Positions 43,264 to 51,943 of a stretch of DNA of 57,319 bases are shown piece by piece. The notes under the pieces were generated by a model. It was not told where the DNA came from, ran no database searches, and saw nothing but the letters and a program-made list of their open reading frames with translations. The position numbers were made by a program, and so were the translations under genes. Each line of letters begins with the position of its first letter. Within the stretch, counting starts at the first letter, position 1. The DNA is from a virus: IMG/VR virus record IMGVR_UViG_3300025520_000002. The stretch is one strand, 5' to 3'.

Positions 43264-45215
43264 AACTTCTCACCCTCGACTTCGAGACGTTCTACGACAC
43301 CGACTACTCCCTGAAGAAGATGACCACGGAGGAGTACATCCGTGACCCGCGCTTCGAGGTGATTGGCTGTTCGACGCAGATGGGCAACGCGCCGGTGGAC
43401 TGGATGACCGCCTACCCCGGCCGGCTCGAAGCTGTGTTCAAGAAACTGGACTGGTCGAACATCGCCGTGCTTGCGCACAACACCAAGTTCGACGGCGCCA
43501 TCCTGGAGTGGAAGTACAAGGTGCGGCCGGCGTTTTACTTCGACACCCTGAGCATGGCCCAGGCGATCCACGGGCTGGAGGGCAGCCTCTCACTCGATGC
43601 ACTGACCCAGCGGTATGGGCTCGGCCAGAAGGGCGATGAGGTGATCAACGCCAAGGGAAAGAGGCTGGCGGACTTCTCGGCAGCGGACCTCGATCGCTAT
43701 GGCGGGTACTGCAGCAACGATGTTGTGCTAACACGTAAGCTACTCGATGCACTGCGCCGGCAAGGGGACTGGCACTTCCCGACCGGTGAGCTGGCAATCA
43801 TCGACCTGATGCTGCGGATGTTCATCCGTCCATCCATAGCGCTCGACAGTGCGCAGCTGGAGACGCACCTGGCTCAGGTCATTGCCCGCAAAGAGAAGCT
43901 CCTGTCCAAGGTCGAGGAAGTCGCCGGCAAGGACGCCCTGATGTCCAACGAGAAGCTGGCTGTAGTGCTCCGCGGGCTTGGCGTCGAACCGCCGATGAAG
44001 CCGTCTCCTGCCGCCCTGAAGCGCGGGGAGGAGAAGCTGACCTACGCCTTCGGCAAGTCAGACCTGGAGTTCAAGGCGCTGCTCGACCACGACGACGAGC
44101 GCGTGCAGGCGGTTGTCGCTGCACGTATGGGGGTGAAGTCCACCCAGGCGGAGACCCGTGCCTACAGGTTCATCGGGATGGCCAAGCGGGGACTGATGGC
44201 CGTGCCGCTGCGCTACTACGCTGCACACACCGGGCGGGCCGGCGGGGACGACAAGGTGAACCTGCAGAACCTCCCATCCAGAACCGGGGACCTCTCACTG
44301 CGGCGGTCACTGATCGCCCCTCCGGGTCACAGCATCGTCACGTGCGACTCAGCACAGATCGAAGCGCGGGTGCTCGCCTACGTGGCCGGCCAGTGGGATC
44401 TGGTCGAAGACTTCCGACGGAAGGTCGACATCTACTCGTCCTTCGCCTCCGACGTTTACGGCTACCCGGTCGACCGAAAGGCCAAGGCCATCGACGAGAA
44501 CGGCAAGGAGTACCACCCACACAAGCTGGAGGGCATGGTCGGCAAGGAAGGCATTCTCGGCCTGGGCTTCGGGATGGGGGGCGATAAGTTCTGCCTCCGC
44601 CTTAAGCAGCAGGCGGGGATCACCATGGAGCCAGAGAAAGCCGCCGAGGTCGTGCAGGTGTACCGCACCAGGTTCGCCGAGGTGCCCAAGCTATGGAAGC
44701 AAGCACAACGCGCCATCGAGCAGATGGTCAAGGGCTACACCGCGACGATCGGTGTCGGTATCAAGCTCCAGTGCTACCCGGCGGACGACTTTGGCCCTGC
44801 CCGTATCGCCCTGCCCAATGGAATGTTCCTCCGCTACCCGGAGCTGCGAGCTGAGGCCGGCGGCAAGTACGGCGTCGAGTATAAGTACACCGCGCGCAAA
44901 GGACGCAAGGTCGAGACGATCTACACCTACGGCGCTAAGGTGGTGGAAAATATCGTCCAGGCCCTGGCCCGCATCATCGTGTTCGATCAGCTGCTCGGCA
45001 TAGATCGGTGGATGGGAAAGCAGGGCATCGGGACAGATGAGTATCTGAATGTTGCGATGACCGTGCACGATGAAGGCGATGCCGTGGCGCCGGATCACCT
45101 CGTGGAAGAGACCGAAGCGGCAATGCTGCGCATCATGTCCACCCCTCCGAAGTGGGCACCGGAATTGCCTATCGCCGCCGAGACCGGGGTCGGCAAGAAC
45201 TACGCAGACGCATAA
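43260..45215 (+). CDS. Family-A DNA polymerase with a 3'-5' exonuclease domain (651 aa)
   Basis: Exo I LTLDFETF; pol motif A CDSAQIEARVLAY; motif B KEGILGLGFGMG; motif C MTVHDE. Confidence 0.9.
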   Translation: MKLLTLDFETFYDTDYSLKKMTTEEYIRDPRFEVIGCSTQMGNAPVDWMTAYPGRLEAVFKKLDWSNIAVLAHNTKFDGAILEWKYKVRPAFYFDTLSMAQAIHGLEGSLSLDALTQRYGLGQKGDEVINAKGKRLADFSAADLDRYGGYCSNDVVLTRKLLDALRRQGDWHFPTGELAIIDLMLRMFIRPSIALDSAQLETHLAQVIARKEKLLSKVEEVAGKDALMSNEKLAVVLRGLGVEPPMKPSPAALKRGEEKLTYAFGKSDLEFKALLDHDDERVQAVVAARMGVKSTQAETRAYRFIGMAKRGLMAVPLRYYAAHTGRAGGDDKVNLQNLPSRTGDLSLRRSLIAPPGHSIVTCDSAQIEARVLAYVAGQWDLVEDFRRKVDIYSSFASDVYGYPVDRKAKAIDENGKEYHPHKLEGMVGKEGILGLGFGMGGDKFCLRLKQQAGITMEPEKAAEVVQVYRTRFAEVPKLWKQAQRAIEQMVKGYTATIGVGIKLQCYPADDFGPARIALPNGMFLRYPELRAEAGGKYGVEYKYTARKGRKVETIYTYGAKVVENIVQALARIIVFDQLLGIDRWMGKQGIGTDEYLNVAMTVHDEGDAVAPDHLVEETEAAMLRIMSTPPKWAPELPIAAETGVGKNYADA

Positions 45216-45328
45216 ACAGCGGCGCATTCCTAACGACAATTCACGTGGAGCCAGACATAGAATGTCCAGATATCCAAACGTCAAGTCTTGCGTACCTACT
45301 TGGCATGGTTGCATATCCCACCCACCAT

Positions 45329-45344
45329 AGCTAAACTGTTAGCA
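45329..45344 (+). promoter_or_regulatory. Motif-related dyad AGCTAAACTGTTAGCA
   Basis: 20 nt upstream of the ATG at 45365. Confidence 0.4.
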
Positions 45345-45364
45345 ACAAGAGGGAGAACCAACAC

Positions 45365-45916
45365 ATGTCTATCAACGAAATCGCGGAGCGACTACGGACG
45401 GACTTCAGCGCAGGACAGAAGTTGAAAGACCTCTACCGGACCATGCAAGCAGCGCGCAGGAGCGGCAGGGTCAAACTCGCGGACGACATCGCGTGGCTGG
45501 AGCCACTGATGGATGCGTTCCTGGATGATATGCCGGGGTTCCGCCGATTCCTGCTTGACCTCTGCATCCGCAAGGGGCAGTACCGCGTGCCGATGGAGGG
45601 AGAAGGGGACCACAAGACTCTCCGTGATCTCTACCGCCTGGTGTATCAGAACACCACGATGACCGAGCGTAGAGGACGCCTGTATAAAGCGATCGAGATC
45701 TACCGCCGCAGAGGATATTCCTTCACCAACGTCACCCGCGCGCTCACCGCATCCAGGCAAGTCAAGCACTGGGCTGAGCAGCGAAGCGCGTACCTGGAGA
45801 AGGTGAAGAAAGAGTACGGCGGAAAGCTGTCCTGGGACGACCGCAACGCTGCCATCGAGAAGTTCTGGCACGCAGTTGATACAAAGCTCGACGCCGAGCT
45901 TGAGTCGCTCAAGTAG
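45365..45916 (+). CDS. Hypothetical protein (183 aa)
   Basis: RBS GAGGGAGAA; coding-like bias. Confidence 0.55.
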   Translation: MSINEIAERLRTDFSAGQKLKDLYRTMQAARRSGRVKLADDIAWLEPLMDAFLDDMPGFRRFLLDLCIRKGQYRVPMEGEGDHKTLRDLYRLVYQNTTMTERRGRLYKAIEIYRRRGYSFTNVTRALTASRQVKHWAEQRSAYLEKVKKEYGGKLSWDDRNAAIEKFWHAVDTKLDAELESLK

Positions 45917-45953
45917 AAAAAATCTGCGCCGTACTATGCGGCGTCCACCCGAA

Positions 45954-45969
45954 CTGCTAACATGTTAGC
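45954..45969 (+). promoter_or_regulatory. Motif copy CTGCTAACATGTTAGC, containing the perfect 14-bp palindrome GCTAACATGTTAGC
   Basis: Overlaps or abuts the start of the Cas4-like nuclease gene. Confidence 0.65.
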
Positions 45970-45970
45970 C

Positions 45971-46627
45971 ATGACAGCCTGGTCCCACTCAGCACTCAAT
46001 CAGTTCGAGACGTGCCCCCGTCAGTACTACCTCCTCCGCGTGTCCAAGCAGGCAAAGGACGTGAAGGGGGAAGCGGCGCTGTGGGGTGACGCGGTGCATA
46101 AACACCTCGAAGCCAGAGCGAAGAACGGCACGCCGCTTCCGAGCTATCTCAACTACCTCAACCCGATCGTCGAGCGCATCCTCGCCAGCCCTGGCGAGAA
46201 GATCGTCGAGCACAAGATCACCATCACACACGACTACTCCCCTACCAGCTGGTTCGCCAAGGACGCATGGTGCAGATCCATCATCGACCTCGGTGTGGTG
46301 GGCGAGACCTCCGCAACACTGCTCGACTGGAAGACGGGTAAGCGCAAGCCTGACTCCGACCAGATGGCACTGTTTGCTGGCATGGCCTTCGTCGAGTACC
46401 CGAACGTCGAAGTCATAGACACAGGGTTCGTGTGGATCAAAGACAAGAAGGTTGACAGGGATCGGTTTACACGGTCCGATGTCGCGGCAATATGGGGCGG
46501 ATTCCTGCCGCGTATTGCACGGCTGGAGCACGCTTTCAAGACCAACAACTGGCCCGCTACGCCAGGGGGCCTCTGCAAAAAATACTGCCCAGTGGGTAAG
46601 TCGTTGTGCCCATATTGGGGGGGATAA
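45971..46627 (+). CDS. Cas4/RecB-like PD-(D/E)XK nuclease with a 4-Cys cluster (218 aa; alternative start 45962)
   Basis: IIDLGVV...LLDWKTGKRK nuclease core. Cys in ETCPRQYY plus CKKYCPVGKSLCPYW. Confidence 0.75.
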   Translation: MTAWSHSALNQFETCPRQYYLLRVSKQAKDVKGEAALWGDAVHKHLEARAKNGTPLPSYLNYLNPIVERILASPGEKIVEHKITITHDYSPTSWFAKDAWCRSIIDLGVVGETSATLLDWKTGKRKPDSDQMALFAGMAFVEYPNVEVIDTGFVWIKDKKVDRDRFTRSDVAAIWGGFLPRIARLEHAFKTNNWPATPGGLCKKYCPVGKSLCPYWGG

Positions 46628-46640
46628 CTTGGGACCGATC

Positions 46641-46847
46641 ATGATGGCACTGACACACCTGACAGACACCGAACTCATCCAGCACGCTCTTTCGCAGGAG
46701 CACCTATCTGACCTTGAGCGCGAACTGCTAACACGTCTTGAACTGTCAATCGACCTTTTGGATGAGGCCGGCTTGTTGGCTGGGGACGTGGTGCAGTGTC
46801 CGAGCTGCGGGAGTGAGGTGGGGGTACTGCCTGAGGTAGCTCTGTGA
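46641..46847 (+). CDS. Hypothetical small protein (68 aa) with a CPSCG motif
   Basis: Internal ATG with a plausible protein sequence; GTGA overlap with the next gene; contains an in-gene motif copy. Confidence 0.4.
   Translation: MMALTHLTDTELIQHALSQEHLSDLERELLTRLELSIDLLDEAGLLAGDVVQCPSCGSEVGVLPEVAL
46725..46739 (+). promoter_or_regulatory. Motif copy CTGCTAACACGTCTT (inside a small ORF)
   Basis: Exact 10-mer core, sense orientation. Confidence 0.45.
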
Positions 46848-47209
46848 GCAAGACCCCCGAGGGGAGGGTCAAGGACGCGGTGAAGCTTTTCCTCCATGAG
46901 CAAGGGCTGATCCGCGCTGCTTCCCGTAGGGACACCTGGCCCGAGACCGTCCGAGGCTGGTATTACATGCCGGTGCAGAACGGGATGGGTGTCTCGGGTA
47001 TCCATGACTTCGTCGGTTGTATGGAGGGACGGATGTTCACCATCGAGACCAAGGCGCCGGGCAAGCTCAGCGGCGTGACCGAGAACCAGAAGGACCGAGG
47101 CTACGAAATGCAGCTCGGCGGCGGGCAGCCGTTCTACGTCGATAGCGCCGACAAACTTCGGGAGCAGTGGTCCGAATGGTTGGCGCGCTGGCTATCTGCT
47201 AACACGTAG
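46844..47209 (+). CDS. VRR-NUC domain nuclease (121 aa)
   Basis: GIHDFVGCMEGRMFTIETKA (D...ExK) core. Confidence 0.75.
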   Translation: MSKTPEGRVKDAVKLFLHEQGLIRAASRRDTWPETVRGWYYMPVQNGMGVSGIHDFVGCMEGRMFTIETKAPGKLSGVTENQKDRGYEMQLGGGQPFYVDSADKLREQWSEWLARWLSANT

Positions 47210-47210
47210 T
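47196..47210 (+). promoter_or_regulatory. Motif copy CTGCTAACACGTAGT
   Basis: Spans the last codons and stop of the VRR-NUC gene; 4 nt before the ATG at 47214. Confidence 0.6.
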
Positions 47211-47213
47211 GAT

Positions 47214-47636
47214 ATGCCGACAGGTAGAAAACCCCGCTCGACCAGTGGACAGTGGTCAGCCGCCGGCTCTGCTTGGTCAGAGTTCGAGCACCAACCACCG
47301 CCGGAGCCCGTCCGTAAGCTCAACGAGGAGGAGACCCTGCTCGTTGCCATCCTCCACCGGGGCCTGATCGACTACGCGACTGTCCTGGGGGTACGCGCCG
47401 GCACAGTCCGACCGACCCGAGAACTCCCAGAGATGCTCGACGCAGAGCGATGGGTCAAGAGCCGCGCAAACCACCCCTTCTCATTCGAGTTCTGCTGCTG
47501 GCAAGGACTCGGCCAAGACCCGGAACTCATCCGGGAGACCACCACGAAGCACTGGCAGCGACTGCTGACGAAGGACGCAGCGGTGATCTTCGCTACCTAC
47601 ACCCCCCCGAAGGACACGGAAAATGCTGGTTTCTGA
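47214..47636 (+). CDS. Hypothetical protein (140 aa)
   Basis: Coding-like bias; overlaps the helicase start by 14 nt. Confidence 0.5.
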   Translation: MPTGRKPRSTSGQWSAAGSAWSEFEHQPPPEPVRKLNEEETLLVAILHRGLIDYATVLGVRAGTVRPTRELPEMLDAERWVKSRANHPFSFEFCCWQGLGQDPELIRETTTKHWQRLLTKDAAVIFATYTPPKDTENAGF

Positions 47637-50217
47637 GAAGCACAGGAAGGTCGTGCTCAACCTGCAGAACCCGGCACGCGTGACGACCGTCGTGCCGACT
47701 GCCAAGACCTTCGAGTACAAGGGGCGGACCCTGGTGGCCGTACCGCACTGCCGGGATGAAGTGAAGGTACTGCACAACCTTGGCATCAGGGCGCCGGAGC
47801 CTGTCCGTCACTACTACAAGTGGCCGGGTCAATTCGATCCATTCCATGCCCAGCGCGAGACAGCGGCCATGCTTACGATGGAGCCTCATGCCTATGTACT
47901 CAATGACATGGGATGTGTCGACGCGGACACGGAGTACCTCTCCCCCGCTGGGTGGCGTCGTATCGACCAGTACGAAGGCGGTGAAGTTGCGCAGTACGAC
48001 CCGGCAAGCGGGGACGTAACCTTCGTCCAGCCGACGGAGTACGTTAAGCGTCCATGCGCCAGCATGATCCACTTCAAAACCAAGTACGGCGTTGACCAGG
48101 TTCTCAGCCCGGAGCACAGGGTGCTCCTCGAAGCAACCGACTCTAAGCGTATGGAGGTATGCAGCGCGGCTGAGTTGCTCGACCGTCAGAACCAGTGGAT
48201 CGCCGGGACGGCGCGTAAAAGAGCAGGCCGTATCGGGTGGAGTAAAGCGGGCATACCAAACACGTTCGCATACAGCGGGCCTGGCATCGCGCTCACTGAC
48301 GCTGAACTGCGCCTGCAGGTAGCAGTTATTGCGGATGGGTACTTCCCCTACGCGTCGAGCGGCGCGTGCGTTGTACGGCTGAAGAAGCAGCGGAAGAAGG
48401 ACCGCTTGCGCAGCCTGCTGGTGGCCGCGTCGGTTGAGTTCAGGGAAGTGCCGTGTCTGCCGGATGGCTTCACGCGCTTCAGCTTCTATGCACCGCGCTA
48501 CTGGAAGCGCTACGGTAGTGAGTTCTGGCTGTGTTCCCAACCCCAGCTGTCCATCATCACGGATGAGGTAATGCACTGGGACGGCAGCGTATCGACAGAT
48601 AAACCCTCGCAGCGCTTCAGCACGGCGGTTCGGGATAGCGCGGACTTCATACAGTTCGCATTCTGCGCCACAGGTAGGACGGCGCGTGTCATCGAGACGC
48701 GCAGGGCGCGTCGAGGCCGCGAAGAGATTGAGTTCACTGTCCAGGTCCGCGCCACGGGTAAGCCGCTCGGCCTCGTCGGCCTGGGGTCAGACGGGACTAA
48801 GCTGACCAACGCGAGGGAAGTAGCTTCGCCTGACGGATACAAGTACTGCTTCATGGTCCCGAGCACGTTCCTTCTGTTCCGCCGGAACGGATGCGTGTTC
48901 CTCAGTGGCAATACGGGCAAGACCCTATCGGTGCTCTGGTCATACGACTACCTGCGCGAGATCGGAACAGTCCGCCGGATGCTGGTCGTAGCCCCCCTCT
49001 CAACGCTGGACGACACATGGCTCAACACGGTACATGGGCAGTTCTTCCACCTCAACGCCGTCGTCGTACATGGTACGAGGGAGCGCCGGCTCCGTCTGAT
49101 CAAGGACGACTATGACGTATACATCATTAACCACGACGGGCTGAAAAGCGCCGGTGTCGTAGATGCTATCCGGGCACGGGGGGATATCGACCTCGTCGTG
49201 CTGGATGAGCTGGCCGTCTACCGCAACACGGGGACTGACCGGTGGAAGGCAGCGGATGCTCTCTGTAACCCCAGGCTGAACAAGAAGACCCCCCTCCCCC
49301 GCCCGTGGGTGTGGGGTCTCACCGGTACTCCCACACCCAACGCCCCGACCGACGCCTTCGCCCAGTGCAAGCTCGTCACGCCGCACACCGTGCCCGAGTA
49401 CTTCGGCAGGTTTCGTGATCTGGTTATGCGGCAGGCCGGCCCCTATGCCTGGGTCCCGCGGGACAACGCCATCGAAACGGTCCACCGGGTGATGACGCCC
49501 GCTGTGCGGTACGCGATGGAGGACTGCGTCGACCTGCCTGAGCAGTTGCTTCAGACCCGTGAGGTCGGCATGTCGGCGGAGCAGGAGCGGGCCTACAACG
49601 ACATGCTCCGCAAGCTCAAGGCTGAGTATGAGGGCGGGCAGATAACCGCGGCCAACGAGGCGGTGAAGGCGAGCAAGCTCCTGCAGATCTGCTGCGGCGC
49701 TGCCTACACCAACGACGGAGGCGCCGCGCTCATCCCCGCCACGCCCCGACTCAACGAACTCGAAGAGATCATTGAGCAAGCAAGCGCCAAGGTCATCGTA
49801 TTCGTGCCCTTCACCGAAGCACTGGAGCAGGTCGCGGCGTTTGTTGCCCGGCGCTGGGGGGTTCTGACGATGCACGGCCAGGTGTCGCGGACCAAACGCG
49901 CCGAGGTGTTCAGTCAGTTCAAGCGTGATCCGCACATCCGCGTGATGGTCGCTGAGCCGAGAACGATGAGCCACGGGCTGACGCTCGTCGAAGCCAACGT
50001 GATTGTGTGGTTCGCCCCCACCACGTCCAACGACACCTACGGACAAGCGTGCGCCCGCGTGCGCCGTCCTGGACAGACCAAGGCCACGCTGGTCGTGCAC
50101 ATGTGCGGCTCGTCGATCGAACGGAAGCTCTACGCCCGCCTTGCCGGCAAACAGAAAATGCAGGGTGACCTGCTGGACATGTTCAAGGAGACACGAAATG
50201 CGCACTTGACTGCATGA
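47623..50217 (+). CDS. SNF2/Rad54-family helicase (864-aa precursor, 531-aa exteins) interrupted by an intein
   Basis: Split motif I LNDMG|...|TGKT; motif II VVLDELAVYRN; motif III GLTGTP; C-terminal lobe MHGQVS..R, SHGLTL, QACARVRRPGQ. Confidence 0.9.
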   Translation: MLVSEKHRKVVLNLQNPARVTTVVPTAKTFEYKGRTLVAVPHCRDEVKVLHNLGIRAPEPVRHYYKWPGQFDPFHAQRETAAMLTMEPHAYVLNDMGCVDADTEYLSPAGWRRIDQYEGGEVAQYDPASGDVTFVQPTEYVKRPCASMIHFKTKYGVDQVLSPEHRVLLEATDSKRMEVCSAAELLDRQNQWIAGTARKRAGRIGWSKAGIPNTFAYSGPGIALTDAELRLQVAVIADGYFPYASSGACVVRLKKQRKKDRLRSLLVAASVEFREVPCLPDGFTRFSFYAPRYWKRYGSEFWLCSQPQLSIITDEVMHWDGSVSTDKPSQRFSTAVRDSADFIQFAFCATGRTARVIETRRARRGREEIEFTVQVRATGKPLGLVGLGSDGTKLTNAREVASPDGYKYCFMVPSTFLLFRRNGCVFLSGNTGKTLSVLWSYDYLREIGTVRRMLVVAPLSTLDDTWLNTVHGQFFHLNAVVVHGTRERRLRLIKDDYDVYIINHDGLKSAGVVDAIRARGDIDLVVLDELAVYRNTGTDRWKAADALCNPRLNKKTPLPRPWVWGLTGTPTPNAPTDAFAQCKLVTPHTVPEYFGRFRDLVMRQAGPYAWVPRDNAIETVHRVMTPAVRYAMEDCVDLPEQLLQTREVGMSAEQERAYNDMLRKLKAEYEGGQITAANEAVKASKLLQICCGAAYTNDGGAALIPATPRLNELEEIIEQASAKVIVFVPFTEALEQVAAFVARRWGVLTMHGQVSRTKRAEVFSQFKRDPHIRVMVAEPRTMSHGLTLVEANVIVWFAPTTSNDTYGQACARVRRPGQTKATLVVHMCGSSIERKLYARLAGKQKMQGDLLDMFKETRNAHLTA
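47914..48912 (+). mobile_element. 333-aa class-1 intein with a LAGLIDADG-type homing endonuclease, inserted in the helicase P-loop
   Basis: Starts at Cys (CVDADTEYL). Block B is SPEH. Dodecapeptide-like LQVAVIADGYF and ITDEVMHWDGS. Ends FLSGN, followed by Thr+1. Confidence 0.85.
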
Positions 50218-50224
50218 CCATTAA

Positions 50225-50238
50225 CAGCTAACGTCTTA
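50225..50238 (+). promoter_or_regulatory. Motif variant CAGCTAACGTCTTA
   Basis: 8 nt after the helicase stop; 16 nt upstream of the ATG at 50255. Confidence 0.45.
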
Positions 50239-50254
50239 TCACATGGAGGTAAAG

Positions 50255-50638
50255 ATGCAAGTCAATGAGCTTGTAGCGAAGTACGTCCAGCTTCGGGACA
50301 AGAAGGCCCAGCTGGAGCAAGCGCAGAAGGATAAGCTCGCACCCATCAACGCGATGCTCGACAAGATCGAGGGTGTGCTGCTCAACCAGTTCGATCAGCT
50401 GGGTGTCGACTCGATGAAGACCGAGGCCGGCACTGCCTACACCACTAGCAAATCCAGTGCTACCGTTGCCGACAGGGATGCGTTCCTGCAGACGTTCGTG
50501 ATCCCGAACGAGGCGTGGGAGTACCTGACCAACCACGTCAGCAAATCTGCCGTCGAAGCCTACAAGGCGGCCAACGAAGAACTGCCACCGGGCATCAACT
50601 GGTCCGAAGTGCGCACCATCAACATCCGCAGGAGCTAA
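50255..50638 (+). CDS. Coiled-coil phage protein (127 aa), Gp157-like
   Basis: RBS GGAGG before MQVNELV; family assignment from memory only. Confidence 0.3.
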   Translation: MQVNELVAKYVQLRDKKAQLEQAQKDKLAPINAMLDKIEGVLLNQFDQLGVDSMKTEAGTAYTTSKSSATVADRDAFLQTFVIPNEAWEYLTNHVSKSAVEAYKAANEELPPGINWSEVRTINIRRS

Positions 50639-50641
50639 CAC

Positions 50642-51598
50642 ATGAGCAATGACCTGATCGCACTGAAGCAAAACCTGCCGGCCTTCCTCGCCGGCGCTGC
50701 GGCAGCGAACTCCGACCTGACCGGACACGCCGGCGCAGGCTTTCCCGCTATGTCCATCAAGGGCAAGGTATTCACCCTGGTGCGTGGCGGCGAGCGCCAG
50801 ATCCTGATGTCTCCGGCCGACCCGGATGCGCCGGCGTCGAGCATCGAGGTGATTATCCTCAAGGCCAACCCGAAGAACTCGAAGACCTTCTATGCCGAAG
50901 CATACGTCGACGGCTCGGACGGCAACCCGACGTGCTACTCGAATGACGGTGTGAAGCCGGCGCCTGACGCTGCGGAGCCCCAGTGCAAGACCTGTGCTGC
51001 CTGCCCGCAGAATGTGTGGGGCTCGCGCACTGGTGACAACGGCTCCAAGGGCAAGGCATGCCAGGACAACGCCCGCGTCGCCATCGCCGCTCCGGATGCC
51101 ATCAACGACCCGATGCTGCTGCGCGTGCCGCCTGCATCGCTCAAGCCGCTGTCCGAGTTCGGTGCTGCGCTGGAGAAGCGCGGTGTGCCGTACAACGCAG
51201 TGATCACCAAGCTCGGCTTCGACCACACCCAGGCCACTCCGAAGCTCACGTTCAAGGCAGTCAACTACGTGACCGCAGAGCAGTTCGCCGCAGTCCAGGA
51301 ACAGCTGGCCGGAGATGTCGTGGGCCAGATCATTGGCACTGTCGCCGTTGCAGTCGCTCCGGATGACGGCTTCGAGATGCCGGCGGGTGAGCCGCCTGCT
51401 GCAGCCAAGAAGGCCGAGGACAAGCCTGCCGCCAAGCCGAAGGCAGCGGCTCCCAAGCCGAAGGCCGCGCCGGCAACTCCGCCGGAGCCTGAAGTCGAAG
51501 CGACGAACCCGGCAGTAGTGGTGACCAGCGAAGATGAAGCTGGCGGTGATCTGCTGGGTGATATCGACGCAATGCTCGGCGCCCTCGACGACGCCTAA
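50642..51598 (+). CDS. Conserved-looking replication-module protein with a 4-Cys motif and an Ala/Pro/Lys-rich acidic tail (318 aa); possible ssDNA-binding or annealing protein
   Basis: CYSNDG...CKTCAACPQNVWGS...GKAC; low-complexity tail KPAAKPKAAAPKPKAAPATPPEPE ending in an acidic DDA. Confidence 0.3.
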   Translation: MSNDLIALKQNLPAFLAGAAAANSDLTGHAGAGFPAMSIKGKVFTLVRGGERQILMSPADPDAPASSIEVIILKANPKNSKTFYAEAYVDGSDGNPTCYSNDGVKPAPDAAEPQCKTCAACPQNVWGSRTGDNGSKGKACQDNARVAIAAPDAINDPMLLRVPPASLKPLSEFGAALEKRGVPYNAVITKLGFDHTQATPKLTFKAVNYVTAEQFAAVQEQLAGDVVGQIIGTVAVAVAPDDGFEMPAGEPPAAAKKAEDKPAAKPKAAAPKPKAAPATPPEPEVEATNPAVVVTSEDEAGGDLLGDIDAMLGALDDA

Positions 51599-51640
51599 GT
51601 GATGACGCCCCCGGTAGGTGCCGGGGGCAACAGGACGCAT

Positions 51641-51907
51641 ATGAACAAAATCAAGCAGACACTCAAGGATACCGGCGTCTCCCAGGGCGAGTTCGGGCAC
51701 CTGGTCGGTGTGAGCCGCGTTACGGTCGGCTGGTGGTGCAACGACAGGCACCTACCGAGCAAGTGGATCAAGCCGACTGTCGACAAGGTGCTCGCGCGCC
51801 TGTCTGCTGCGCTGGCTGACGGCTCGCTCGTCCCCCTCCAAGACTGCTCGTCCTCCGCCGAACGACTGGAACTGCTCAATGCCGTGATCCTCTCCGACCC
51901 CGCCTAA
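51641..51907 (+). CDS. XRE/Cro-type helix-turn-helix protein (88 aa; alternative starts 51599 and 51602)
   Basis: GVSQGEFGHLVGVSRVTVGWWCNDRHLPS is a typical HTH_XRE segment. Confidence 0.6.
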   Translation: MNKIKQTLKDTGVSQGEFGHLVGVSRVTVGWWCNDRHLPSKWIKPTVDKVLARLSAALADGSLVPLQDCSSSAERLELLNAVILSDPA

Positions 51908-51922
51908 CTGCTAACACCTTAG
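51908..51922 (+). promoter_or_regulatory. Motif copy CTGCTAACACCTTAG
   Basis: Begins right after the stop at 51907; 21 nt upstream of the ATG at 51944. Confidence 0.65.
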
Positions 51923-51943
51923 CTTATAACAACGGGAGGTTGG

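Noticed and set aside
43726-43736. Motif-like GTGCTAACACG inside the DNA polymerase gene, and CGCTAACG at about 54098
   Set aside because: These are partial matches deep inside coding sequence with no gene boundary. They may be chance or internal sites and were not counted as evidence.
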